From Octopus vulgaris (Eukaryota): DNA of 64,000 bases. The stretch is taken from the NCBI GenBank assembly GCA_951406725.2, contig OX597815.1, positions 205,902,001-205,966,000 of the forward strand, written 5' to 3'. A model generated the notes under the pieces. That model was not told the DNA's origin. It searched no databases and saw nothing but the letters and a program-made list of their open reading frames with translations. The position numbers and the translations under genes are program-made. This document shows, piece by piece, positions 38,211 to 51,054 of this stretch; position 1 is the stretch's first letter, and each line of letters opens with the position of its first letter.

Positions 38211-39066
38211 AAGTCTGATCAATAAGTATCTAGACCGTTGCCATAATAATGAAGTTAAAGCATGCTGATGGAAGCAGCTTGGCACAGATTGACCTTAACC
38301 TCGGCTGTGCATGTGCACTAAGTTTTAACATTCTAGCTCACTTCTGTTGTTTACATCAGTGCTTCGAAGTAACATGAAAGTTGTCATGGTGATACCTGCT
38401 CAGAGGCCAATGCAAACTTGCAGAAAGTGTACGGTGAAGAGTGTATGAGTCACAAACAAGTGTACGAGTAGTTCAGATGTTTCCAAGATGGCCATAAAAA
38501 TGTCAATAGTGAAAAACGTTCTGGGTGGCCTGCAACCAGCAGAACTGAAAAAAACATTGCCGATTTACTTGCAGCTGTGAAAGGAGATTGTCAAATTACC
38601 ATTCATGAGTTATCAGAGGATTTGCAGATTAGTTACAGTTCAGTTCAGTCCATTATAACTGAAGATTTAAGTATGAGATTCATGTCTGCCAAGTTTGTGC
38701 CAAATCTGCTTTCAGCTGACCAAAAAGACACTCGGGTTTCAGTTGCACAAAATCTCCTTGATTGTGTAAAGAACAATGAAAACTTTTCGCAAACTTTGCA
38801 CAGGCCTCTGAACAGGTATTGCCAAGCTTTTGACAAAATTTGATGCAGATTCTCCGCTCAACTTTCTGTCATGTTCAGTGTTATGAACACACCCTACACA
38901 CCCTCCTTCCAAGCACTGCTGTAAACAGCGGAAGGGAACAAGAACATTAAAACTTAATTCACATGCACAACCGAGTTGAAGGTCAATCTGTGCCAAGCGA
39001 CTTCAGTCTGCGTGCTTTAGCTTTGTTACCATGGCAACAGTCTAGATACTTACTCATCAGACCACG
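38209..39066 (+). mobile_element. Fold-back mariner derivative with two left ends
   Basis: 38209-38430 is inverted at 38781-39066. Between them lies LQKVYGEECMSHKQVYE*F...RSGWP...ITIHELSEDLQISYSSVQSIITEDLSMRFMSAKFVPNLL (mariner HTH and WVPHEL-like motif). Confidence 0.85.
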
Positions 39067-39904
39067 TATATATATTTGTCTTAAGCATGTAAGTGATTGT
39101 TTCTTGAAGAAGAGTAAGCTAGTGTTCTGATATAATTTATCAGTTGTTGTGTGAGAATAGACTATAAGGCAGTCAATTGTAATTCTAGATTGAAGCTGAT
39201 TACTCATTGGATTGTTTATAATTTATATATATATCTTTTACTTTAGTATAATATTAGCCTGACACTTGTAGTTATTTGATATTTTATTTGCCAAACAGTT
39301 CAAGTTGTAGGTTTCTATATCTGATCAATTCATCTCTGACATGAAGGACGCATGGCAAAGCTTTCTAGATAGCAACTGTGTATGTAGCATTTTTTTTTTT
39401 TTTTGTGTTCTGATTAAACTTGTAGCTTGAATTAGGATTTAACTAATGATAAACTAGAATAAATTTAGCAATTTCATTGTTGTTGGCAATCATAGTGAAA
39501 ATATATAGAATTTAGTTATTGATTCCTTATATTGGGTAGAAAGCCTCAAATTTGGAGAAAAGCAGCTGTTATTGATCCTTGTACATGGTCCTTTATTTAA
39601 TCAACCTCTGAAGGAGTAAGGACACAGTTGACCTTGGTGGCTTATTCTGCTCTTTTGAGTTTTCTATCTAAAGTCAAATTTGAATTCAGAACATAAAGAG
39701 TTGTGGCATACCTTTTATCTTTTACTTGTTCCAGTCATTAAACTGTAGCCATGCTGGAGCACGACCTTGAAGAATTTTTAGTTGAATCACTTGACTCCAG
39801 TACTTATTTTTTTGTTTTTTTTTCTCATGTCTGATATTTATTCTATCGGCCTTTTTTGTTGAAGTGCTAAGTTACAGGCACATAAGAACACCAACACAAC
39901 ACAA

Positions 39905-40885
39905 TGTGGAAGACAACTGGAAGTTCCTATTGGACAACCTGTTGAGGGCTACTGACCAGATGGTGCAAAGTCCCCTCTTGACCCAAGGTAACATGGTGGT
40001 GGAACAATGTAGTTGACAGGGTCATTAAGGGAAAGAAACAAGAATGGAAGGACTGGAAGAATGGTGGTAGCAGGGAACTTCATCAGATTGCCAGAAGGGA
40101 AGCTAGAAGACAGGTTTACTTAGCCAGAGGGGAAGCAGATAAGAAAAAATTTGCCAATGTTCTGTGTTGTGAGGATCAAAGACTTGAAGTGTTTCGTGTT
40201 GCAAGACAGTGCGTGAGAGAGAATCATGATGTCATAGGAGAGAAATGTGTCCACATGGATGATGGCTCACTTGCATTTAAGAGAGAGACTTGGAGGTGCT
40301 ACTATGAAAGGTTGCTACAAAGGTAAAGGTGATGCATTAGATACGAATAATTACAGAGGTATCAAGTTGTTGGATCAGGTAATGAAAGTCACAGAGTAGG
40401 ATGGTGAAGCATGACCTTCGAATGTTGGGCCTCATGGAGGCGATGATGAGTGACTGAGACCTTTGGAGATATGCTGTGCTTGAGAAGACTTGGTAAGCCA
40501 AGTGAGACCATAACTGTGGCTTATGCCAGTGCAGCATAACCGGCCCATTTAAGAGTACCCTTCAATCATTGGGCAATAAACTTCACTTGCAAAGACCTGT
40601 TGAGTCAAGTGAAGTCATTGTCATGGCCAATGCCAGTGGCATGTAAAAAGCACCATTCGAGCATGGTTGTTGTGAGTGCCGCCTGACTGGCTCACGTGCT
40701 GGTGGCACATAAAAAGCACCCACTACACTCTTGGAGTGGTTGGCATTAGGAAGGGCATCCAGTTGTAGAAACCTGGCCAGATCAGATTGGAGCCTGGTAC
40801 AGCCTTCTGGCTTGCCAGTCCTCAGTCAGACTATCCAACCCATGCCAGCATGGAAAGTGGACGTTAAACAACAACGATAATGATT
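39905..40885 (+). mobile_element. Internally deleted RTE LINE inserted in a minus-strand SINE A (tail ~39712-39895, head ~40905-41068)
   Basis: TWWWNNVVDRVIKGKKQEWKDWK...WRCYYERLL | YKGKGDALDTNNYRGIKLLDQVMKVTE | VKHDLRMLGLMEAMMSD*DLWRYAVLEK, then the family C 3' UTR. Confidence 0.85.
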
Positions 40886-42007
40886 TTGATGATATATATG
40901 TATTTATGATAGGCTTTTTACAGTTTCTGTCTACCGAATCCACTCACAAGGCTTTAGTCGACCCGAGGCTATAGTAGAAAACACTTGCCCAAGGTGCCAC
41001 ACATTTGGACTAAACCCGGAACCATGTGGTTGGGAAGCAAGCTTCTTCACTCAGTCACGCCTGTGCCTATATGTTAACAAAAATATTTTTTTTCAAATCA
41101 GTCCAAATAATTTCTCTTTCCATTTTTAAAGGTTTTTTCCTCTTTATTTTCTCTTTCTTCTTTTAAACTCCACTCCCACTCTTTATCACTCTCTCTCTTC
41201 ACATAAAAAAAAAGCAACAATACACACCTATAGATTTATGCATTGCAGTTTTATATGCTCAATTTCCATGCTCTATTGAATTTTAGTGTTCCAAAAATAT
41301 ATGTTGTTGCAATTTTATGTCCACCCTAACACTAACATGTCATCTGTGAAGTAGCTATGATTGACTGGAGGAAGTAGGCTAAACACTTGACGTATATATA
41401 AAACCAAGTGTTATTTATTATTTTGTTTCCTGTCACGTGGATCTGTGTTATTAAGCTATTCAGTTTGTTTTGCAGCTATTTGGACCAGACAGAAAGATTG
41501 TAGTTTTACAGACTTGTATGTGACTGTATAGTGTTGTAGTCGTGTCTCAAATGTTAATGACCTTTGTCGTGTTTCACAGCCAGTTTGTGTGTCTGCACCT
41601 TGGAAGTTCCTCTCCAAGGCCCAACGGGATTGGGTAGACCAACTATTGCCTACGAGTGCAAGTCACTCCTCTCCACAACAGTGATATTGTGCAAAGGAAA
41701 GACAATACTAATACAGTTTGGCACCATTGTGGTCACGAACATTGTTGGTCAGAACACAGCCAGAACAGAAACAAAGCATCCTGTCTGACATTCTAAGAAT
41801 TCTGCTGTTCATTGCTAGGATTGGTACTTCCAGTTTCTAATATACTAACTCTTTTTTTAATTATGTTTTTGTTGAAATATGCTGCCTTTAAATCAATTAA
41901 TGAAGAATTTTGTAAAACAACTTTGAAGAAATCGTGCAAGAGTAGACAGTCATTTGGCTTAAGAACTGTATATGATAATGATGAAGGGATGGTATTCTTA
42001 TGACAAG

Positions 42008-42237
42008 GCGGCGAGCTGGCAGAACCGTTAGCACGACGGGCGAAATGCGTTGCCGTATTTCGTCTGCCGTTACGTTCTGAGTTCAAATTCCGCCGAGGTC
42101 GACTTTGTCTTTCATCCTTTCGGGGTCGATAAATTAAGTACCAGTTTCACACTTGGGTCGATGTAATCGACTTAACCCCTTTGTCTGTCCTTGTTTGTCC
42201 TCTCTGTGTTTAGCTCCTTGTGGGTAGTAAAGAAATC
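42008..42237 (+). mobile_element. Young SINE family B with 17-bp TSD
   Basis: TSD ggtattcttatgacaag at 41991-42007 and 42238-42254. Confidence 0.9.
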
Positions 42238-42275
42238 GGTATTCTTATGACAAGAAGGAGCAGTCAGCATTTATA

Positions 42276-42320
<45 letters not shown>

Positions 42321-42914
42321 ATGCACACACTCACACAAACACACATTCTGTTTTAATTGAAGTTGTAATTTAGGTTGTGGTATATTGCGGGTAGTTGTGA
42401 AATCTAGAACACTGCTTTAAGTGGTTTGTGAATTTTGGGGACATTGTGGCAAAAAGCTGGAGTCTCAAGTGGATGTGACATGAGATGGATCAACAGAACA
42501 AGAAGTCTACTTTGCTCAAGATCAAGATCTAAACAATTGTTTGCTACTGTATTACTTATAGCCTACTCATGTTGAATATTCTCTAACAGCAGATCTGTCC
42601 TAAATTATATTTATATGAAACAAAAGCCTTTGTTGGTGAGAACTCTCCTCCTACTCCTCCTCCTCCTCCTCATCATCATCATCATTATCATCATCGTTGT
42701 TGTATTGTCATCATCATCATTTAATGTCTGTTTTCCATGCTGCAATGGGTTGGACATTTTCACAGGATCCAGTGAGTCACATGGCTGCATTGTGCTCCAT
42801 GTTAGCCTTGGCATGCTTTCTATAGCTAGATGCCCTTCTTAACACCAACCCCTTCACAGTGTGATGTACTGGGTTCTTTTTTTTTCTGCTGGCATTATAT
42901 ATATATGTATATTA

Positions 42915-45024
42915 GGGTGATGCAAAAATGGGGTCAAAAAAATTTTTTTTTCAGTTTTCAGGGAGACACCCTCCTAATTTATTCATATTCCTAAGAAAGC
43001 TTTGTATGCAAAATTTGGAGTTGAAAAAGAGAAGATTAGAGGTTTGCTGCCAAGCTTTAAAAATAAATGTATATCAGTTTGTGCTCAAAAATATTTTGTT
43101 GATATTTTTACTGGAACTGGTTTGATATGTACTTAGTTAACCTAGTTTGAAAGAAAATTATGACATTCTAGGCTATAGTACGAAGTGAGGTGCAGCATAT
43201 AGTGCGTTAATTTTTTAATTTTATATGAAAGTTTCTCCAGTAGGCACATCATAACCACTTATGTAAGTTTATTTTTGTTTTTTGTGAAGCAAGAGTAATG
43301 TTTTCTTGTTTTTGTTTGAGAGTGACGACCTGTAATGTTTAACAATTTGAAGAAGCTATTGTTTCTGCTCTCCATCATTGGTTATCAGTTTGTTGTATTC
43401 CTCCATCGGTCGTACACCTCTTTCCGCAATGTCATTTACCACTTTGAGTTCATATGCAAAAAGGCGGTGAGCAGGCAGAAACGTTAGCACGCCGGGCGAA
43501 ATGTTTGGCGGTATTTCATCTGCTGCTATGTTCTGAGTTCAAATTCCGCCGAGGTTGACTTTGTCTTTCATCCTTTCGGGGTCGATAAAATAAGTGCCAA
43601 TTACGCACTGGGGGTCGATGTAATCAACTTAATACCTATGTCTGTCCTTGTTTGTCCCCTCTATGTTTAGCCCCTTGTGGGTAATAAAGTAACACATATG
43701 CGAAATCTCTTGCATTTGTGTAACTTTCATCATCATTCCATTCTTCAGCATCTTTTTCAAGAAAAGTGCAAGGCCCCTCCAGGATTTCAAAGAATCTTTT
43801 TGTATTGGCAGTGATGAAATCCTGCAGTTGTTTCTGGCCGGCTGATTCAAGATTTATTGATGCTTGTTTGTTTATTCAGTTTTGAGTCAACCGGTTTCTG
43901 CAGATCATGCTTAATTGTGTTTTTTGTCTCATGCAAAACATCTGAATCAAAAAATGCAGGGGTACCACAAATGTCTGAAAAACTTATTGAGTTCAGCACT
44001 TGAAATTTTGTCATCCTTTTACTTGTAGAGCTGCAGACTTTGCACAAAATGCAAATCTGAATGGTGGTGGGGGGGGGGGGTGCATGAGCATATGGATGCT
44101 AGGTACCATGATCTGATGTATATCACAGCTGACAAACAGCAAACATCTCTCAGTCCTTTTCCCTCTCTCTCTCAGTTAGTTTAAACTGAGATCTAAACAT
44201 CCAAATTTTAATGCAGTAAATTAGCTTGGTCACCCATCATGCTCCGTGATAAGCTCCAGGTGCTTTAAAGCTGATTCCTGACTTGGGGGTTTCTACGGAA
44301 GGAAATGAGCATTAGCTTGAGCAATTCCTTGTAGTCATCATGAGGCTGCTTGAGCAAATTGAATGATTTCTTCAGCATCTGAGATTTTCTCTGCAATGTT
44401 AGGGTCATCTGTTGCTGTTTGGTAATTGTTCTAGTCAATTTCCACCCACAGCGCCGCCCCGACTGGCCTCCGTGCCGGTAGCACGTAAAAAGCACCATCC
44501 GATCGTGGCCATTGCCAGCCTCGCCTGGCCCCCGTGTCGGTGGCATGTAAAAAGCACCATCCCTCCGTGGCCGTTTGCCAGCCTCGCCTGGCCCCCGTGC
44601 CGGTGGCAAGTAAAAAGCACCATCCGTCCGTGGCCGTTTGCCAGCTCCATCTGGCACCTGTGCGGGTGGCATGTAAAAAGCACCCACTACACTCACGGAG
44701 TGGTTGGCATTAGGAAGGGCATCCAGCCGTAGAAACACTGCCAGATCAGACTGGAGCCTGGTGCAGCCTTCTGGCTTCACAGACTCCAGTTGAACTGTCC
44801 AACCCATGCTAGCATGGAAAGCAGACGTTAAATGATGATGATGATGATGATGATTTGCTTTAAATCTCTTAAACAGTTGTATGTCAGGACAGTAGAAGAT
44901 GGCAAGGAGACAGGAAATGTACAATAAATGCAAACTGAGAAATAACAATCTACAAAATGTTCAGTGTCTTCAATTGTGCTGAAATTTTGCAAGTTTTTGA
45001 AATGATAAGTTATTTTGCATCACC
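42915..45024 (-). mobile_element. Sola2-like DNA transposon fossil with nested SINE B (43462-43690) and RTE end (44450-44853)
   Basis: TIR-like gggtgatgcaaaa / ttttgcatcaccg. Minus-strand APGAYHGA*WVTKLIYCIKIW and LKVVNDIAERGVRPMEEYNKLITNDGEQKQ*LLQIV resemble the PGA.HHARW and VVND.AERGV motifs; superfamily assigned from memory. Confidence 0.55.
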
Positions 45025-45109
45025 GTGATGTATATGCATGTGGGTGTGGGGTGGGAGGGTACTAACAAATGTAGAGTTGCAGAAGTTTTAAAACTGATTG
45101 CTCTTTTAT

Positions 45110-45498
45110 CTAGCCAGTGGCACGTTAAAAGCACCAACCGATCGTGGCCAATGCCGAACCCCCCTGGCACCTGTGCAGGTGGCACGTAAAAAGCACCATC
45201 CGAACGTGGCCGTTGCCAGCGCTGCCTTGACTGGCTTCCGTGCCAGTGGCACGTTAAAAGCACCAACCGATCGTGGTCGATGCCGGACTCCCCTGGCACC
45301 TGTGCAGGCGGCACGTAAAAAGCACCCACTATACTCGCAGAGTGGTTGGCGTTAGGAAGGGCATCAATTTGTAGAAACTCTGCCAGATCAGACTGGAGCC
45401 TGGTGCAGCCCCCGGCTACCCAGACCCCGGTTGAACCATCCAACTCATGCTAGCGCTGAAAACGGACGTTAAACGATGATGATGATGATGATGATGAT
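45110..45498 (+). mobile_element. RTE 3' end copy (family C)
   Basis: Family C signature with internal tandem units. Confidence 0.85.
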
Positions 45499-46177
45499 GT
45501 ATTCTAATAAGATCATATCATCTAACAGTGGAATATTTGAGGACATTTTATTACTTTATTCATCCGCATTTATTTTTCCTTTATCTTTCATGCTATCACT
45601 CAGTCACATGGAAAAGAATAACAATAAATGACAAAGAAATAAACAAATAAATAAATAACACTCTGCTGCTGACTTTATTTGATCTTTGGAATAATGGCGT
45701 GGAACAGTGTTTCATACAAAAATCTTTTGTATTGTTATATTGTGTTGATTGTTACAATGTGCATATTAATCCTTTTTTAAGAAACAAAAGCATTGAAATT
45801 TAGATTTTTCCTATTAATTATTTGTTTCTGGTTGTTGTAGATTTCTTAAAAAAAAATAACGAAATTTTGTTTTGAGTCTTTTGAGAGAATATTGGTTTCA
45901 AATTTCAGCACAAGGCCAGCAGCTTTAGAGAAGGAGTTAGTTGATTATGTTAATCCCAGTGCTCAGCTGGTAGATATTTTATGAACCTCGAAAGGATGAA
46001 AGTCAACGTCAACCTTGGTGGAATTTGAACTCAGAATGTGGAGACAGACAAAATGCCACTAAGCATTTTACTTGGCATGTTAATAATTCTGTCAGCGCAC
46101 TACCCTCTTTTGAGAGAATATTAACTATTATTAGGACTGTAGAAACAAACATAACCAAGAGTGCTTATATAATTTAT

Positions 46178-46503
46178 GATTTTCATTTATTTTATTTACG
46201 TGCCCTTTTCAAGCCTAGCCAGGCTCATGGGCCCGGTTTCCCAGTTTCTGTGGTGTATATGTTCCCCCCAGCTGGACGGGACGACAGTCCATCGCAGCGT
46301 TACTCAAGAAACAGGAAGAGAGAGTGAGAGAAAGTTGGGACGAAGGAGTACAACAGGGGTCGACCCCCTTCCTGCCAGAGCCTCGTGGAGCTTTTAGGTG
46401 TTTTTCGCTCAATAAACACACACAACGCCCGATCTGGGAATCAAAACTTTGATCCTCCAACCACGAGTCCGCTGCCCTAACCACTGGGTCATTGCGCCTC
46501 CAC
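46178..46503 (-). mobile_element. tRNA SINE (head type 2) with V-domain-like 3' module
   Basis: Minus strand gtggaggcgcaatgacccagtggttagggcagcggactc... then ctgcgatggactgtcgtcccgtccag; TSD atataatttat (46167-46177, 46504-46514). Confidence 0.85.
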
Positions 46504-46816
46504 ATATAATTTATAATTAGGGTATTTAATTATGTTTTGTTTTTTTCTGAGTTTGTTGCATTTCTAGTGCCACTGTCACCTTTATCTTTCATTTGTCTGA
46601 ATTCATAATTGTCGGTTCTGTTGATTTTGACCTTCCTTACATGAGTTGGTTGACCTTGAGCCTAGTAAAAAAAAAACGAAGAAAACAAACATTGAATATA
46701 CATACATATGTACATACATTAGCACAGGTATGCATGTGTTGGATTTGGCTTGAAAGTTTGCTCTCTAACCACATGGTTTGGGATTCAGCCCCACTGTGTG
46801 GCATTTTAAATGAAAC

Positions 46817-47151
46817 ATCATAAGCGGAAAGTGTAACCTCTCGAAAGAGCTGTTCTTCACTCCTGCTCCAGTGCGTCGGCTGCGGGGTCATTCCGAAAAG
46901 CTCTATCTGCGACGATTTCATCTCAATCGAAGGAGGAGGGGCTTTCTCCGTCCGGGTTGCGGATCCGTGGAATAAGCTGCCAGACGAGATGGTGAAGATG
47001 CCGATGACTGCTCGGTTCAAAGTCTCCCTTGACCACAAGTGGCCTGAACTCTTTACATGAACACCACCCTGTACATAACTCCATGTCTCCCTACATGGCC
47101 TTGCTTTTTGCTTTTTGAGCCAAAAAATTAACTCACTAACTAACTAACTAA
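46817..47151 (+). mobile_element. CR1 LINE 3' end
   Basis: ELFFTPAPVRRLRGHSEKLYLRRFHLNRRRR, frameshift, FSVRVADPWNKLPDEMVKMPMTARFKVSLDHKW; (ACTA)n tail. Confidence 0.85.
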
Positions 47152-47231
47152 ACCAAAATTAAGAAATAGTATTTTCAGAAATTTTTGGTTAGAACCTTTA
47201 CCATTGAACCTGTTTACTTATATACTTGTAG

Positions 47232-47480
47232 AAGATGGAAAAAAAGATCGGTTCTCGAGACTATGCCTTATCAGAAAGTAATAAAGCCATAAAATCATTA
47301 GAAATACATCATGCCAAGTCTTTGACTGATCTGAAGGCTCGTATTGTGAGATGTGATTCTTCAATTGCCAAGCTGAATTCGATTCAAAAACAATGCAATG
47401 ATGCAATCAAATTCCAAACGGACTGTGTAAATAATTTAGAGAAAGAATTAGAGAAACTACGTCATGAAACGGAATACAAG
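47232..47480 (+). CDS. FAM81A: FAM81A-like protein, coding exon 2 (KMEKKIGSRD...RHETEYK)
   Basis: Acceptor cttgTAG at 47230-47231 (NAGNAG), donor AAG|GTAAAA at 47481; 83 codons, phase 0. LTDLKARIVRCDSSIAKL matches the FAM81 hallmark DLRGRVARCDASIARL. Confidence 0.9.
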
Positions 47481-47530
47481 GTAAAATGCTTTTCATTCAC
47501 TACTAATCTACCTTTTGTAATTAATTAAAT

Positions 47531-47958
47531 AAGTGGCTGTGTGGTAAGTAGCTTGCTTACCAACCACATGGTTCCAGGTTCAGTCCCACTGCGTGGCATC
47601 TTGGGCAAGTGTCTTCTGCTATAGCCCCGGGCCGACCAATGCCTTGTGAGTGGATTTGGTAGACGGAAACTGAAAGAAGCCCGTCGTATATATGTATATA
47701 TATATATGTGTATGTGTATGTTTGTGTGTCTGTGTTTGTGTGTCTGTGTTTGTCCCCCTAGCATTGCTTGACAACCGATGCTGGTGTGTTTATGTCCCCG
47801 TTACTTAGCGGTTCGGCAAAAGAGACCGATAGTATAAGTACTGGGCTTACAAAGAATAAGTACCGGGGTCGAGTTGCTTGACTAAAGGCGGTGCTCCAGC
47901 ATGGCCGCAGTCAAATGACTGAAACAAGTAAAAGAGTAAAAGAGAGTAAAGAGAGAGT
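47531..47958 (+). mobile_element. SINE family A
   Basis: Match to family A; starts about 50 bp downstream of the exon 2 donor. Confidence 0.9.
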
Positions 47959-48352
47959 TACTGTAATTTAACCCTTTAGAATGTAAACTAGCCATATCTG
48001 GCCACAATATTCTACCTGTTTACGTTTAAACCTGGCTACATCCTGCCTCTCAAAGCTATAAGATAACGAGCAATTAATTCCAAGCAACATATATAAATAA
48101 GCATTACATTTGACAGAATAATTTGAATGCTAAAGGGTCAAAAGCTATATAGTTCAGATACGTGTGTGTATAGTAAAGAAGTTTGTTTCCTAACTACATG
48201 GAATGATTTGGGGTTCTGCTCCAATGCATGACCCCTTGGGCAAGTGTCTTCTATTCTAATTCCAGACTGACCAAAGCTTTATGAATAGATTTGGTAGACA
48301 GAAACTGAAAGAAGCATATTTTTGTGTGTGCATGCATGTATGTGTGTATGTA

Positions 48353-48395
<43 letters not shown>

Positions 48396-48930
48396 ATAGC
48401 TGTATGTGCATGCATCTATGTGTCTGGCTGTTTCTCCGTGTCTTGACATCTTTTCATCACGTTTTGCTTACGTCTCCCTTCAGAACTGACAATGATAGTT
48501 ACTGAAGGCAGCTTGTTGAAATATAAATTACTTATGTGCCTAGGTACAGACTCATTTTACACAATGGACACAAAGTGGATGGCCAGATTAATAAATACAA
48601 GCAGCGTCATTCATCTCCAATATTCTGTGAAAATATGTCTGGTCATGGGGAAATATTCCCTTGTTAGCAAACAGGTGAGTGGGTGGTGAGTGGGAAGGAC
48701 ATCTGTCTAGAAATTTGGCCTCAGTGAAATCTGTCTGACTCATGCAAGCAGGGAAAAATGGATGTTAAAATGATGATGATAGTAATTATGAGGATTTTGT
48801 TTTCATTTTTCTTTTCCGTTTTATTTTTTCATTACCAGATTTTTTTTTCTTTCTGTTTACTTTTGTAAGTTGTGTTCTTTTGATAAATGAAGAAGATTAA
48901 ACATTTAAGAATTCATCAGGATTTGCTTAA

Positions 48931-49150
48931 CCATTTAGCATTCAGATTATTCTGTAAAATGTAAAGCTTATGTATTCACACCATGTAAAATTAATCTTGT
49001 ATCATTTCATGGCTTTGAGATTTCAATGATGTGATTCTTTATTTTTAAAATGACACAATAAAATAGCTATGAAAGACTATATCTGACTAGTTTGAACATA
49101 AAATAGGTAAAATATTTTAGCCAGACATGGCCGGTTTAAACACTAAAGGG
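48931..49150. mobile_element. piggyBac-like MITE, second family
   Basis: TTAA|CCATTTAGCATT...ACTAAAGGG|TTAA; relatives at 47972-48137 and 55455-55674. Confidence 0.7.
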
Positions 49151-50184
49151 TTAAATTCTCTCTACAGAACCTGCCAATGATCGTTGCTGAAAGCAGTTTG
49201 TTAAAATGTAAACACTTATATGCTCAGGTACAAACTCATTTACATAATGAGTACAAGGTTGAAGGCCAGGCAATAAATACTAATCTACTGGTACTCTAAT
49301 AACTAATGTCTGGTTACATTAGAGCCAGACTATGACCTAATCAAGCAATGCTTGTAAGAACAAAACAATTTGTTGACAGACCAAACTAATCCATGGCATG
49401 TCTACTGAACATCCCATAGATCACTCCCACATAGTTGATCAGTTTCATTTGTATTGTATCTTCTTCATGTATGCTGAGATGACTGAAGTTACCTAGCAAC
49501 AATATGTGCAAAGATGATGGATGAATTTATTACTTACCCTTATTTGGAATATTTTGTTCTACTTGCTTCAGTCAACATACTTGAATACTTGATGGATGTA
49601 TTCTCGTAATTAAGGCTTCGGAGATATTTATTTTGGAATTAGAAAAATTGTTTGTATGTAACGTTAGTGTCGCCAATAATTTATTCAAAATTATGCAAGT
49701 ATATTTTAGAAAAACAAAGTTGTAAACAGAGAAAAATGAGGAATGTCCTCATGTATTTGTGTGATTAGTTCATCGGCTTTTATCACTGAAATGTTGAATT
49801 TGGTGTAGTGTTCCTCAAGTGGTGGTGGTGGTGTGTAGTGGTGGTGTGGTAGTGGTGGTGGCAGCAGCAGCAGCAGCTGTGAGGATTGAAAAGGGGTGAG
49901 AGGCAAATTCTCATGTTTAATAAAAATGAAGATGATTTTAATTGTTTCAATCCATTTTCTTATATTCCTCTTGAAATACACTTTGTTTCAATTAATTTTG
50001 TAAATAATAAAGAATTTATTAAACTAAGTAACTCTGTTGTTATTAAAGCATAAATTAACATTAAATTTTGATGGAAAATCTTAATTAAGATGATTTTAAA
50101 ACAAGGAATTTGTACCATAAAATCACGGACAGTTTCAGGCAGTTTAGTATCAAAAGAAATAAATTTCCAAACCCAAGGTAAAGA

Positions 50185-50630
50185 TCATCATCATCATCAT
50201 CATCATCATCGTTTAGCGTCCGTTTTCCATGCTAGCATGGGTTGGACAAGTTCTACTGGGGTCTGTGAAGCCAGAAGGCTTCATCAGGCCCAGTCAAATC
50301 TGGCAGTGTTTCTACGGCTGGATGCCCTTCCTAACACCAACCACTCCGTGAGTGTAGTGGGTGCTTTTTACGTGCCACCCAAAACAGGTGCCAGACAGAG
50401 CTGGCGAACGGCCACGAACGGATGGTGCTTTTTATGTGCCACCGGCACGAGGGCCAGGTGAGGCTGGCAACAGACAGGAACGGATGGTGCTTTTTACGTG
50501 CCATCGGCACGAGGCCAGCCGGGGCGGCGCTGGAAACGGTCGCGAAATGGAAGGTTCTCTTACATGCCACTGGCACTGGTAACACATCTGCAATTCCCAT
50601 TGATCGATTTCGATTCTGATCCTCGATTTA
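50185..50630 (-). mobile_element. RTE 3' end copy (family C)
   Basis: Family C signature. Confidence 0.85.
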
Positions 50631-51054
50631 GATTGATATAAGAGTTATATCAATACAAACTCTGATTTAGTAAAACAGAGCTAAAGTTTCAGGAGTATGC
50701 TTAGATCATCTTTTAAGTTGTAACTCCAGATTGACGTTGCCCTTTCTCTGAGTTTCAATTATGTTAATTGCTCGAAGTATGAGTAGTATAACCTTCAGTA
50801 TTATTAGTAAGTGTATTTATGTACTGTAAAGAATTTTATTACCATGTAAAGTTCCTGCATCGACATTAATAGTCTCATTTTTGGCCAGGAAATACCAGAA
50901 ATAAACACGATAGAAATGTTTTCTAATTGACTTTTTTTTAACGTTTCCTTTTAAACAATTTGAAAACTTTTTCTAAATTTAATTTGAAATATCTAATTTC
51001 AACTTTTCTTTTTCATATATGTATGTATATATATATACAATTATATATATATAG

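Noticed and set aside
44265-44948. 227-aa minus-strand ORF
   Set aside because: Chimera of a family C insert and transposon fossil sequence.
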